Shown: piece by piece, positions 24,820 to 34,219 of the stretch | Position numbering within the stretch: position 1 is the stretch's first letter | Layout: each line of letters begins with the position of its first letter | NCBI GenBank assembly: GCA_035637355.1 | Contig: DASPXJ010000091.1 | Span: 161 to 64,160, forward strand | Length of the DNA stretch: 64,000 bases | Reading direction: 5' to 3' | From: Gemmatimonadales bacterium | Lineage (GTDB): Bacteria > Gemmatimonadota > Gemmatimonadetes > Gemmatimonadales > GWC2-71-9 | The notes under the pieces: model-generated | Database searches by the model: none | Seen by the model: only the letters and a program-made list of their open reading frames with translations | What the model was told of the DNA's origin: nothing | Program-made: the position numbers and the translations under genes

Positions 24820-26991
24820 TTACGGGGTCACGCCGACTCCAAACGGTGAGTGCACCTGGCACACCTGCGTAGGCTCGGTGCCCGGATAGAACCACTCCCA
24901 GCGCCGTACCTCGAGCGGGCAGAACGGCGTGGCGAGGAATCCGTTCGACCAGTCGACCTCGCGCGTCACGAGATCGTCGGGCCGCGCCCAGTCTCCGGGG
25001 GCCGGGCGTCGCTCGTAGACGTCGCGCATGAACTTCGTCCAGGCGGGCGCCACGATGCGGCCGCCGCCGGCGTTGTTCATGATGCGCCGCTGCAAATCGT
25101 AGCCGATCCAGATGCCCGTCACGATCTCGGGCGTGAAGCCCACGAACCAGGCGTCGGTGTAGTCGTCCGTCGTCCCGGTCTTGCCCGCCATCGGGACGCG
25201 CAGGCCCCCGACCGCGCCGGCGGCCGTGCCGCAGCGGTGCGGGCCGGTGCCGGGCTGGCACCGCATCACATCGCGCATCATGTCGAGCATCAGCCAGTTG
25301 TGCTCGGGATCGAGCACCTGCTCGCGCTTGATCGTGGACTGGTAGAGGATGTTGCCCTGGCGGTCCTCGATGCGCTGGATGCCGATCGGCTCGACGCGCG
25401 TCCCGTTATTCGCGAACGACGTATACGCCGCGATGAGCTCGATCGGCTTGGTCTCGCGGGCGCCGATGTGGATCGAGGGATAGGGCGGCAGCGGGGTCGT
25501 GATGCCGTAGCGGCGCGCTTCACCGATCACCGTTTGCTCGCCCAGCGCCATGCCGAGCTTGATCGTCGACAGGTTGCGTGACAGGTACAGCGACCGGCGC
25601 ATCGGGATGAGGCCCAGCGTCGTGTCGTCGTAGTCCTTCGGCTGCCACAGCGAGCTGTCGAGCTGGATGACGGGCGGATTGAGCGGCGAGTCGTCCAGCA
25701 TCTCGGTGACGGGATGCCCGGCGCGTATCGCGGCCGAATACACGAACGGCTTGAACGTCGAGCCCGGCGGCCGTGCCGACTGCGTGACGCGGTTCCACTT
25801 CGAGTCGACGAAGTCCCGGCCACCGACCATCGCGAGGATGTTGCCGGTCTTGGCGTCGACCGCGAGCAACGCGCCCTGCAGATAGGGCGCGAACGGGCCC
25901 TGGTCGTCGGGCGTGCTGCGACCCTGCTCGAGGTAGTCGCGATACGACGTGCCCTCGAACTTGCCGTTGGAGTACACGCCCGATTCGATCTCGTTGAGCT
26001 GCGACTGGAGGGCCTGTTCCGCGGCCTCCTGCATGTCGAGATCGAGCGTGGTGTAGATGCGCAGGCCCTTCTCGTAGAGATCGCGGCCGAAGCGCGGCTC
26101 GAGGAACGCCGACCGCAGCCATTCGACGAAATACGGCGCCACGTCGCCGTAGCTGGTGCGGCGCGTGGTCAACACCAGCGGATAGGCTTTCCAGAATTCC
26201 GCATCCTCAGGAGTCAGGAATCCCTGATTGCGCATCAGCGTGAGCACGACGTTGCGGCGCCAGATCGCGTTGTCGGGATGCGTGCGGGGATTGTAGGTCC
26301 CCGGGGCTTTGGGAAGAGCGGCGAGTGTGGCCGCTTCGGCGACATTGATATCGCGCACCGACTTGCCGAAGTAGACCTGCGACGCCGCTTCGACGCCCGC
26401 CACGTTGGGGCCGAGGCTGATCTGATTCAGGTACAGCTGGAGAATCGTGTCCTTCGGGAAATTGCGCTCCAGCTCCAACGCGACACGGGCTTCCCGCAGC
26501 TTCCGGCCGAGCGAGCGTTCGCGGGTGATCTTGTCCTTGAAGACGTTCCGGGCGAGCTGCTGGGTGATCGTGGAGAACCCGCGGAAGCCTTTGAGCATCG
26601 CTCCGGGCAGCCGCACGAAGTCGATCCCGTGATGGCGGTAGAAGCGCTTGTCTTCCGTGGCCAGGAATGCCTGGCGCACGTGGACGGGGATCTGGTCGAG
26701 CGGAACGACGGTGCGGCGCTCGATCCCCAACTCGGTGATCAGGCGCCCATCGGCCGCATACACCTTGGAGGTCTGGAGCTGCGGCCGCTGTCCCGGATCG
26801 ATGCGCATGATGCTGGGGCAGCGGTCGCCGGCGCAAACGCGCGTCCACGAGCCGTAGGCCAGCCCGCTGCCGTACAGCAGGGCGAGCACGGTGGCGATGA
26901 TCACCCGCCGCCGCTGGACGGGAACGTACCACCAGCGGATGAAGAAGGGGCGGCGCGGTGCTGAGGGGGGCGTCGATGATGCCATCTGCAC
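24820..26991 (-). CDS. Penicillin-binding protein 1A family (bifunctional transglycosylase/transpeptidase)
   Basis: ORF 24820..26991. GT51 motif ATEDKRFYRHHGID. Transpeptidase SxxK motif STFKPFVYSAA. Confidence 0.9.
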   Translation of the reverse strand: MQMASSTPPSAPRRPFFIRWWYVPVQRRRVIIATVLALLYGSGLAYGSWTRVCAGDRCPSIMRIDPGQRPQLQTSKVYAADGRLITELGIERRTVVPLDQIPVHVRQAFLATEDKRFYRHHGIDFVRLPGAMLKGFRGFSTITQQLARNVFKDKITRERSLGRKLREARVALELERNFPKDTILQLYLNQISLGPNVAGVEAASQVYFGKSVRDINVAEAATLAALPKAPGTYNPRTHPDNAIWRRNVVLTLMRNQGFLTPEDAEFWKAYPLVLTTRRTSYGDVAPYFVEWLRSAFLEPRFGRDLYEKGLRIYTTLDLDMQEAAEQALQSQLNEIESGVYSNGKFEGTSYRDYLEQGRSTPDDQGPFAPYLQGALLAVDAKTGNILAMVGGRDFVDSKWNRVTQSARPPGSTFKPFVYSAAIRAGHPVTEMLDDSPLNPPVIQLDSSLWQPKDYDDTTLGLIPMRRSLYLSRNLSTIKLGMALGEQTVIGEARRYGITTPLPPYPSIHIGARETKPIELIAAYTSFANNGTRVEPIGIQRIEDRQGNILYQSTIKREQVLDPEHNWLMLDMMRDVMRCQPGTGPHRCGTAAGAVGGLRVPMAGKTGTTDDYTDAWFVGFTPEIVTGIWIGYDLQRRIMNNAGGGRIVAPAWTKFMRDVYERRPAPGDWARPDDLVTREVDWSNGFLATPFCPLEVRRWEWFYPGTEPTQVCQVHSPFGVGVTP

Positions 26992-27022
26992 TAAAACCTA
27001 GTTAAGCCGTAGATTCGCCGCC

Positions 27023-28282
27023 ATGACCGACGTCTTGCAGGCACTGGAATGGCGAGGCTTCGTGCAGCAGGCCACGCCCGCGCTGGCCGCGCATTTCGCG
27101 ACAGGCCCGGTCACCGCCTACTGCGGCTTCGACCCGACGGCACCCTCGCTGCAGCTCGGCAATCTCATGCCGCTGATGCTGCTCGCCAATCTGCAACGCG
27201 CGGGCCATCGGCCGATCGTGCTGATGGGCGGCGGGACGGGACTGATCGGCGATCCCTCGGGGAAGCCGGGCGAGCGCCCGCTGCTCTCCAAGGAAGAAAT
27301 CCGCGAGAACGTGCATCGCATGCGCGACCAGGCCGCGCGGTTTCTGGAATTCGGCGCCGGTCCCACGGCCGCACTGCTGCTGGACAATGCCAAGTGGCTG
27401 ATCGAGCAGCGCGTGATCGACTTCCTGCGCGACGTCGGCAAGCACTTCACCGTGAACATCATGCTGCAGAAGGAGTCGGTGAAGGCGCGACTCGATTCGG
27501 GGCTGTCGTTCACCGAGTTCAGCTACATGCTGCTCCAGGCCTACGACTTCCTGCACCTGTTTCGCGAGCGCAAGTGCACGCTCCAGGTCGGCGGCAGCGA
27601 CCAGTGGGGGAACATCACGGCGGGCGTGGACTTGATCCGGCGCATCGAGAACGCGGAGGCACACGGACTGGTCGCACCGCTGGTGACGATGGCCTCGGGG
27701 AAAAAGTTCGGCAAGACGGAAGAGGGAGCGATCTATCTCGACCCCCAGCTCACGTCGCCGTACAAGTTCTATCAGTCCTGGATCAATACGGACGATCGCG
27801 ACGTGGAGAGATACCTGAAACTGTTCACGCATCTTCCCGAGCCGGAGGTCACGAGCCTCGTGGCGCAACAGGCCCGGAATCCCGCTCAGCGCCCGGCGCA
27901 GCGGGCGCTCGCGGCTGCCGTGACGGCGCTGGTGCATGGCGCGGAAGTGCTCTCGGGCGTGGAAGCGGCGTCCGCGATTCTGTTCGGTGAAGAGCAGCCG
28001 GAGGTCCACCCGCAGGTCTTCGAGATCCTGGCCGGTGAGATCCCCACGATCGCCGTCGAAGGGGAATCGGACGGCGTGGCGCTGGTCGATCTCGTGGCCC
28101 GCGCCGGGCTTGCCAAGTCGAAGAGCGAAGCGCGCCGCAGCATCGAGCAGGGGGGCATCTACGTCAATCAGCAGCGCGTCGATGACGCCGGCCGCACTAT
28201 CGCGTCGGGGGACTGGATCGGCGGCCGCAATCTGTTGCTGAGGAAAGGCAAGAAGGAATACGCGCTGCTGAGACGCGCGTGA
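27023..28282 (+). CDS. tyrS: Tyrosine--tRNA ligase
   Basis: ORF 27023..28282. Class I HIGH region (SLQLGNL), KMSKS-type KFGKT, C-terminal S4-like domain. Confidence 0.95.
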   Translation: MTDVLQALEWRGFVQQATPALAAHFATGPVTAYCGFDPTAPSLQLGNLMPLMLLANLQRAGHRPIVLMGGGTGLIGDPSGKPGERPLLSKEEIRENVHRMRDQAARFLEFGAGPTAALLLDNAKWLIEQRVIDFLRDVGKHFTVNIMLQKESVKARLDSGLSFTEFSYMLLQAYDFLHLFRERKCTLQVGGSDQWGNITAGVDLIRRIENAEAHGLVAPLVTMASGKKFGKTEEGAIYLDPQLTSPYKFYQSWINTDDRDVERYLKLFTHLPEPEVTSLVAQQARNPAQRPAQRALAAAVTALVHGAEVLSGVEAASAILFGEEQPEVHPQVFEILAGEIPTIAVEGESDGVALVDLVARAGLAKSKSEARRSIEQGGIYVNQQRVDDAGRTIASGDWIGGRNLLLRKGKKEYALLRRA

Positions 28283-28740
28283 AGGACTTGCTGCTCGAGG
28301 TCTTCGATCAAGCCTACACCGCACCCGCGTGGCATGGCACGCCGCTGCGCGGCACACTGCGAGGCGTCACGGTTCGGCAAGCGCTGTGGCGGCCCGCTCG
28401 GCACCGCCACTGCATTTGGGATCTGGTCCTGCACACGGCCTACTGGAAGTGCATGGTGCGCCGCCGGCTGCTGCGCGATCCCACCATCGCGTTCCCGCGC
28501 GACGGCGCGAACTGGCCGGCGCTTCCGGAGCGGCCCACCGACGCCGCCTGGAAACGCGACCGCGCGCTGCTCGACGAGCAGCACGCGCTGTTGCGTCGCG
28601 CCATCGCGCAGGTAAAACCGCGTGACCTCGGCAAGCGCGGCTGGCACTCGCAGTGGCGCGTGGCGCAGGAGATTTACGGCATTGCTTCACACGATCTGTA
28701 CCACGCAGGGCAGATCCAGCTGATCAAGAAACTGTTGTAA
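28279..28740 (+). CDS. DinB-family protein
   Basis: ORF 28279..28740. Conserved His triad context: IWDLVLHTAYW...SHDLYHAGQIQLI. Confidence 0.8.
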   Translation: MKDLLLEVFDQAYTAPAWHGTPLRGTLRGVTVRQALWRPARHRHCIWDLVLHTAYWKCMVRRRLLRDPTIAFPRDGANWPALPERPTDAAWKRDRALLDEQHALLRRAIAQVKPRDLGKRGWHSQWRVAQEIYGIASHDLYHAGQIQLIKKLL

Positions 28741-28760
28741 GACGCTACGACGTTACGACG

Positions 28761-29948
28761 CTACATCAGATCATCCAGCACCTCAATCACCTTCTCCATC
28801 TCCTCCACCGTGTTGTAGCAGTGCGGCGAGAGCCGGATCGCGCCCTCGCGCAAGCTGCACACGACGCGCGCGCGCTTCATGCCGTGATACGCCTCCACCG
28901 GCTTCGGTGGCGCCACGCACAGGATCGCGGAGCGGTGCCCGTTCTCGGTGGGCGATGTGATCCGCACGCCGTTCTGCTGCGCCCACTTCACGATCGGCTC
29001 GTGCGTCGCGCGCGTCACCTCCGCGATGTCGCGCACGCCGATCTCGAGCAGCAGCGCCAGCGACTGCGTCATGCCCACGAAGTCCTGATAAGGCAGGGTG
29101 ATCATTTCAAAGCGGCGGGCATCGGAGCGGAACGTGGGATTGTACTCGGTGAGCCGCGAGAAATCGTCCGTGCCCTCAAAGGCCATCCAGCCGGTGATCG
29201 TCGGCTCGAGTTTCGCGACCAGCTCCTTGCGCACGTACACGAACCCCGATCCCCACGGCGACAGCAGCCATTTCTGCCCGCCGCACGCCAGGATGTCGAC
29301 CGGCGTCTCCTGCACGTCGAGCACCGAATTACCGACGCCCTGAATGCCGTCCACGACCAGGTACGTGCCGTTGGCGCGGCAGGCGGCGCCCAGTTTTTTC
29401 AGGTCGGCGCGATAGCCGTTGGAGAACTGCACGAACGAGACCGCGAGCACGCGTACCTTGGGGTCGCGCAGCCGCTCGAGCAGATGCTCCTCGTCCGGCC
29501 ATCCCTGCGGAGTGCAGCGCGCCATCTCGACCGTGATCCCCTGATCGCGCAGCAGCAGCCAGGGATAGACGTTGGCGGGGAACTCTTTGTCCGACAGCAG
29601 CACGACGTCACCCGCCTTGAGCGGCAGCGCGCGCGCGGCGAGGTGCAATCCGAAACCGGTGTTGGTGGCGAGGGCGACCTCCGACGGGTCTGCATTGATC
29701 AGCTGGGCGAGCCCTAGTCGCGCGGCGGCAAGGCCGGCGAACAGCTCGCGGTCGGGCAACAGGTGCGGCGCGGTACGTTTGGCCGTGAACTCATCGAGCG
29801 CGCGCCGCGTCCGCTCCGGTATGGGACCGATGGAGGCATTGTTGAGATAGGTCGTATCCGCCGTCCACGGGAATTCCGACGTGCGCAGCGCCTTGAAGGT
29901 CTCGCGCAGCGCGCGCACGTGGGTCGGGTGGTAGGCGATCTCGGTCAT
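28761..29948 (-). CDS. Class V aminotransferase / cysteine-desulfurase-like PLP enzyme
   Basis: ATG 29948 within ORF 28761..30107 (MTEIAYHPTH). YLNNASIGP, and PLP-lysine context ACGGQKWLLSPWGSGF. ATGA overlap with the upstream permease gene. Confidence 0.8.
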   Translation of the reverse strand: MTEIAYHPTHVRALRETFKALRTSEFPWTADTTYLNNASIGPIPERTRRALDEFTAKRTAPHLLPDRELFAGLAAARLGLAQLINADPSEVALATNTGFGLHLAARALPLKAGDVVLLSDKEFPANVYPWLLLRDQGITVEMARCTPQGWPDEEHLLERLRDPKVRVLAVSFVQFSNGYRADLKKLGAACRANGTYLVVDGIQGVGNSVLDVQETPVDILACGGQKWLLSPWGSGFVYVRKELVAKLEPTITGWMAFEGTDDFSRLTEYNPTFRSDARRFEMITLPYQDFVGMTQSLALLLEIGVRDIAEVTRATHEPIVKWAQQNGVRITSPTENGHRSAILCVAPPKPVEAYHGMKRARVVCSLREGAIRLSPHCYNTVEEMEKVIEVLDDLM

Positions 29949-30790
29949 GCCGCGCGACCCATGCTTCTGACGTCGAGCGCGTCCCGCAATCCGTCGCCCA
30001 GCAGATTGAGTCCCAGCACCGCGAGGCCGATCGCGACGCCCGGAGCGATCGAGACCCACGGCGCGACACGCAGCAAATCGCGTCCGTCGGCGACCATCGC
30101 GCCCCACGACGGGGTGGGCGGTTGCGCGCCGAGGCCGATGAACGACAGCGCCGCCTCGGCCATGATCGCGCCGCCGATGCCGAGTGTCGCCGCAACAATC
30201 ACGGGCGCGATCACGTTGGGCAGCAGGTGGCGCGCGATGATCCGGGCGTCCGACGCACCGAGCGCGCGGGCCGCCTGCACGTACTCGAGACCGCGCGTCA
30301 ACAGTACCTGGCCGCGAACGATGCGCGCCATGCCCGCCCAGCCGACGATGCCGATGACGACGAACACGACGGGCAGCGACGGCTTCACCGCGGCGGCGAT
30401 GGCGATCAGCAGCAGCAGCGACGGAAATGCGAGCGTCACGTCGGCGACCCGCATGATCAGGCCGTCCATCCAGCGGCCGTAGTAACCCGACACGAGTCCT
30501 AACGTCACGCCGAGCGCCAGGGCGATGCTCTGGCTGATCAAGCCGACGGCGAGCGACAGGCGGGCGCCGTAGAGCACGCGCGACAGCACGTCGCGCCCCT
30601 GGGCGTCGCTGCCCAGCAGAAACGCGCCGGAGGGTGGACGCAAACTTGCAGAGAGATCACCACGGAATGGATCATCGGGAGCGAGCCACGGTGCGAGCAA
30701 CGCCAGCAGCGCGAGGATGCCCACGAGACCCAGGCCGAAGCGGGCCCAGGGATCATGAGCGAGTCGTGTCCAAAACAGTGGCGCCGCCAT
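29945..30790 (-). CDS. ABC transporter permease, DppC/OppC-type
   Basis: ATG 30790 within ORF 29945..31261 (MAAPLFWTRLAHDPWARFG). Six TM segments and EAA-type loop YVQAARALGASDARIIARHLLPN. Confidence 0.85.
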   Translation of the reverse strand: MAAPLFWTRLAHDPWARFGLGLVGILALLALLAPWLAPDDPFRGDLSASLRPPSGAFLLGSDAQGRDVLSRVLYGARLSLAVGLISQSIALALGVTLGLVSGYYGRWMDGLIMRVADVTLAFPSLLLLIAIAAAVKPSLPVVFVVIGIVGWAGMARIVRGQVLLTRGLEYVQAARALGASDARIIARHLLPNVIAPVIVAATLGIGGAIMAEAALSFIGLGAQPPTPSWGAMVADGRDLLRVAPWVSIAPGVAIGLAVLGLNLLGDGLRDALDVRSMGRAA

Positions 30791-31928
30791 GGGGGTCTCG
30801 ACTACGTTACTCGGGACTTCACCCCGCGGGCAATGGGATACTGATGTGAAGCGAGACACACCGTTCACCCTCGTGCTGGGCGGCGGCGGGATGAAGGGGC
30901 TCGCCCACGTGGGCGTGCTCCAGGCGTTGCTCGAGCGCGGCCACCGGCCGACCCGCATCATCGGGTCGAGCGTCGGCGCGCTCGTCGGCGCCGCCTGGGC
31001 CGGCGGGATGGGCATCGCCAGGCTGCGCGAGATCGCGCTCAGCCTCAAGCGCAAAGAGGTGTTCGCGGTCGCGCATGCCGACATGGCGTTCAAGCGCATG
31101 CGCTCGCCCGCCCTGTTCCGGCGCGAGCCGCTCGAGCACCTCATCCAGCGCACCTGCGGCGACCTCACCTTCCAGCAGCTCGACCCGCCCGTCGTCGTCA
31201 ACACCGTGGACCTGAACTCGGGGATGCAGGTCTTCTGGGGCCTGCCGGGGCTCGACGACATCCGGGTCGCCGACGCGGTGTTCGCGTCCTGTGCCCTGCC
31301 GGGATACTTCCCGCCGCACGAGATCGGCGGCCGGTTCTATGTGGACGGCGCCGTGGTCTCCAACGTCCCCTTCGACGCGGCGCGCGCGCTCGGCCCCGAG
31401 CTGATCGTGGCGGTGGACGTCTCGGCGTCGAGCGTGCTCACGGCCGACGCGCAGGATGAAGGCTTCGCGGGCGTGTTCGCGCGCGCGACCGAGATCCTGA
31501 TGACGACGCTGCTCGAGCAGCGCGTGCGCACCTGGACGACACCGCCGGTCTACTATATCCAGCCGCGCGTCGAGCACGTCACGATGTTCTCGTTCGATCA
31601 CCTGCGCGAAGAAGTCGAAGAGGGATATCGCGCCACCGCGGCCGCGCTCGACCGCGCCGATGATTGGCCGGAGCCCGGTGAGGTCGGCATCTATCCCAAG
31701 CGGCGCGTACTGGTGCGCGTGGAGCGCGAGCGCTGCATCGGGTGCGGCACGTGTCTGGTGCATGGGCCGCAGGGGATGTTCGTGCTCGACTCGGAGCGGA
31801 AAGCGGTCGTCACCCAGCCGGATCAGGAGTGGTCGCCGATGGACGGCGGCTACATCCGGCACTGCCCGACGTACGCGATCATCGCGCGGCCGGCGGATCA
31901 GGCAAAGGAGATGCTTCGCTCAGGTTGA
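30789..31928 (+). CDS. Patatin-like phospholipase fused to a C-terminal single-cluster 4Fe-4S ferredoxin-type motif
   Basis: ORF 30789..31928. Oxyanion GGGGMKG, nucleophile GSSVG, catalytic DGA(V). The C-terminus carries CIGCGTC...HCP. An alternative GTG start lies at 30846; ATG 30789 shares a CATG with the divergent permease start. Confidence 0.75.
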   Translation: MGVSTTLLGTSPRGQWDTDVKRDTPFTLVLGGGGMKGLAHVGVLQALLERGHRPTRIIGSSVGALVGAAWAGGMGIARLREIALSLKRKEVFAVAHADMAFKRMRSPALFRREPLEHLIQRTCGDLTFQQLDPPVVVNTVDLNSGMQVFWGLPGLDDIRVADAVFASCALPGYFPPHEIGGRFYVDGAVVSNVPFDAARALGPELIVAVDVSASSVLTADAQDEGFAGVFARATEILMTTLLEQRVRTWTTPPVYYIQPRVEHVTMFSFDHLREEVEEGYRATAAALDRADDWPEPGEVGIYPKRRVLVRVERERCIGCGTCLVHGPQGMFVLDSERKAVVTQPDQEWSPMDGGYIRHCPTYAIIARPADQAKEMLRSG

Positions 31929-33122
31929 GACTTGCGATTCGATGTCGCGCAGGTCGCGGATGACACGGTCCCAATTGTAGTAAGTCTCGATGGACTTGCG
32001 GCCCGCCTGCCCGAGCCGCCGCGCGAGCAGCTGGTCGCCGAGCAGGCGTTTGAGCGCCGTCGCGACCGCCTCCGGGTCGTCCGGATTCACCACGAGCCCC
32101 GTCTCGCCGTCATGGACCGCTTCGGCCAGCCCGCCCGATTGGCCCGCGATCACCGGCAGGCCGCTGGCGCTCGCTTCCGCCAACGCCACGCCGAATCCTT
32201 CGACGCGCGAGCCGTCGGCGCGGCGCGACACGCCGATGTACGCGCTCGCGATGTTGAACACGGCCGGCAGCTCCGCCTCGGGCACGTTGCCGACGAAGCG
32301 CACGTGATCGGCGATCTTCAGCTCCTCGGCGAGTCGCTGATATTCCTTGCGCTTCTTGCCACTGCCGACGATCAGGTAGTTCACGTCGAGGCCATCGAGC
32401 CGGCACTGCGCCACGGCACGCAGTGCCATGTCCACGCCCTTGTACGCCTCGAGCCGCGCGACCGTGAGCACCCACGGCGCCTGCCCATTGAGATGATAGC
32501 GCGAGCGGACGGCGTGCGTATCGATGCCGGGGCGGAACTGCTCGGGATCGGTGCCAAGCGGCACCAGGCGCACCATCTCCGCCAGGGGATCGAGACCCAG
32601 CTCGCGCAGCACCTTCTGTGCCTGCTCACGCGTCCACTGGCTGTTGGCGACGACGGCGACGGCGGAGCCCAGCAGCGCCTTCGCGGTTTTGCGCGCGAAG
32701 CGCGAGTGATGGATCGCGTGCAGCTCCTTGAGCAGGTCGCCGCCGTGCACGAAGACGCCGTACTTCGTGCCGACGCGCTCGTGCATCCATTTCGCCGGAT
32801 AGGTGCAGGGGCGGATCGAATCGCACCACGCGAAGCGCGGCTTGTGCTGCCGCGCGAGCGACGCGACGCGCCGCGACCAGAAGAGCAGGCCGGCGAAATT
32901 GCGCAGCGCCTTGCTCGGCACCGGTAAACGATCGACCACCGCGCCGCTGAAGCGGACGTCCGAGTCCTGGGAGTCGCGATGCTGGCCGGTGGAGACGAGC
33001 AGCTCGCCCCGCGGGTAACGGCGCGTGAGCTCGCCCATCATCCGGGCGATGCCGGTCTGCATCGGCGGGAATTCGCCGGTCAGCAGGAAGGTCTTAGCCA
33101 CGAGGACGCTGCACCCTCCCAA
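31920..33122 (-). CDS. Glycosyltransferase family 4 (GT-B)
   Basis: ORF 31920..33122. EX7E region EGFGVALAEASASGLPVIAG. Confidence 0.85.
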   Translation of the reverse strand: MGGCSVLVAKTFLLTGEFPPMQTGIARMMGELTRRYPRGELLVSTGQHRDSQDSDVRFSGAVVDRLPVPSKALRNFAGLLFWSRRVASLARQHKPRFAWCDSIRPCTYPAKWMHERVGTKYGVFVHGGDLLKELHAIHHSRFARKTAKALLGSAVAVVANSQWTREQAQKVLRELGLDPLAEMVRLVPLGTDPEQFRPGIDTHAVRSRYHLNGQAPWVLTVARLEAYKGVDMALRAVAQCRLDGLDVNYLIVGSGKKRKEYQRLAEELKIADHVRFVGNVPEAELPAVFNIASAYIGVSRRADGSRVEGFGVALAEASASGLPVIAGQSGGLAEAVHDGETGLVVNPDDPEAVATALKRLLGDQLLARRLGQAGRKSIETYYNWDRVIRDLRDIESQVST

Positions 33123-33124
33123 TG

Positions 33125-34219
33125 TTAATGGGAGCGTTCCCCCGCGAGCAATTCCTCGATCTTGTCCTTGAGACGCTGGCTGGCGCGGCCGTCCAGCCCG
33201 TGGAAGTAATAAGCCCGTTGCTCGTCGGCGGCTGCCCGCATGGCAGGCGTAGGGTGCAGCGCTTGCGCGATCGCCTCACCGAGGCGGTCGGGCGAATCCA
33301 CGTGCACGAACGCGCCCTTCAAGAAGTCGCGGTTGTCCTCGCTGAGCAGTGGTTGGCCGTCGCTATGCACCAAGCGTGGAAGGTCGTAGACGATGCCGGT
33401 CTTGCCGAGGGCCAGGAAGTCGAAGACCGTGCTGGAGGCTTCACTGACCAGCGTGTCGGCGGCCGCCATGTACGGCACGATGTTGTACTCGCTGGGCGGC
33501 AGCAGCACGCTGTGCGGGTACTTTTTGACCCGCCGCTCGAAGATCCGGTGCTGCCGGTGCGGGGCGTACTTTCCCATCCAGCTGTAGTGATGGAGCTTGA
33601 CGATCAGGTTGTAGCGGTCACGGGTCGCTGCGAAGATCGCGTCTTTCACATCGTACATGCAGGTCGGCTTGTACGTCGGCGCAAACAGCACGGTGCGCCG
33701 GTTCGGATCGAGGCGCCAGCGCCGCAGCAGCGCCGCGCTGTCTCCGTACCGGCCCTGGAAATACCAGTCCAGCTTGGGCAGCCCGATCAGGTGCACCTCG
33801 CTCCTCCCTTGAAAACCGGACTGTTCGATCCGCTCCACGCGGTACCGGCCTTCGACGAAGATCTGGTAGCGGGTGTCGAGATTCCTGGCGAGGTTGCGAT
33901 ACAGAATATTCTTGATCCCCGTGCCATGGTTGAGGAAGCAGAGGAGGGTTCGGCCGTACGCCTCGGCGCGGACCGTGTCGCCCGCGATCACGACATCGAA
34001 CCCACGCTTCTCATCCGTGAAACGGTAGCCCTGGCGGACCCACTCATCCACGATCGGCGGGCGGTAGCGGAAGTTGACGAAGAACCGCCGGATGCGTTCC
34101 TCGTCCAAGGCGAAGAAGACGTCGTAGCGGTCGTCGCCCTGAAACAGCTCGATCACCGGGTCGAACGCAGCCTTGTGGTAGACGAATCCGATTTTGAACA
34201 GCACTCGGCGCCGGGTCAT
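33125..34219 (-). CDS. CDP-glycerol glycerophosphotransferase (TagB/TagF)-family protein
   Basis: ORF 33125..34219. VLFAPTYKP...KLHHY pattern and an overall ~360-aa TagF-like layout. Confidence 0.7.
   Translation of the reverse strand: MTRRRVLFKIGFVYHKAAFDPVIELFQGDDRYDVFFALDEERIRRFFVNFRYRPPIVDEWVRQGYRFTDEKRGFDVVIAGDTVRAEAYGRTLLCFLNHGTGIKNILYRNLARNLDTRYQIFVEGRYRVERIEQSGFQGRSEVHLIGLPKLDWYFQGRYGDSAALLRRWRLDPNRRTVLFAPTYKPTCMYDVKDAIFAATRDRYNLIVKLHHYSWMGKYAPHRQHRIFERRVKKYPHSVLLPPSEYNIVPYMAAADTLVSEASSTVFDFLALGKTGIVYDLPRLVHSDGQPLLSEDNRDFLKGAFVHVDSPDRLGEAIAQALHPTPAMRAAADEQRAYYFHGLDGRASQRLKDKIEELLAGERSH

Noticed and set aside
26992-27022. Possible T-box or other leader upstream of tyrS.
   Set aside because: Only 31 nt separate tyrS from the divergent PBP1A start, which is far too short for a T-box. 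No specifier or terminator structures are visible.
30789-30791. Divergent start codons sharing a CATG (permease ATG 30790 on the minus strand, patatin ATG 30789 on the plus strand) considered as a meaningful overlapping-promoter arrangement.
   Set aside because: It is more simply explained by the patatin gene starting at the in-frame GTG 30846, just before the conserved FTLVLGGGG segment. This cannot be resolved from sequence alone.
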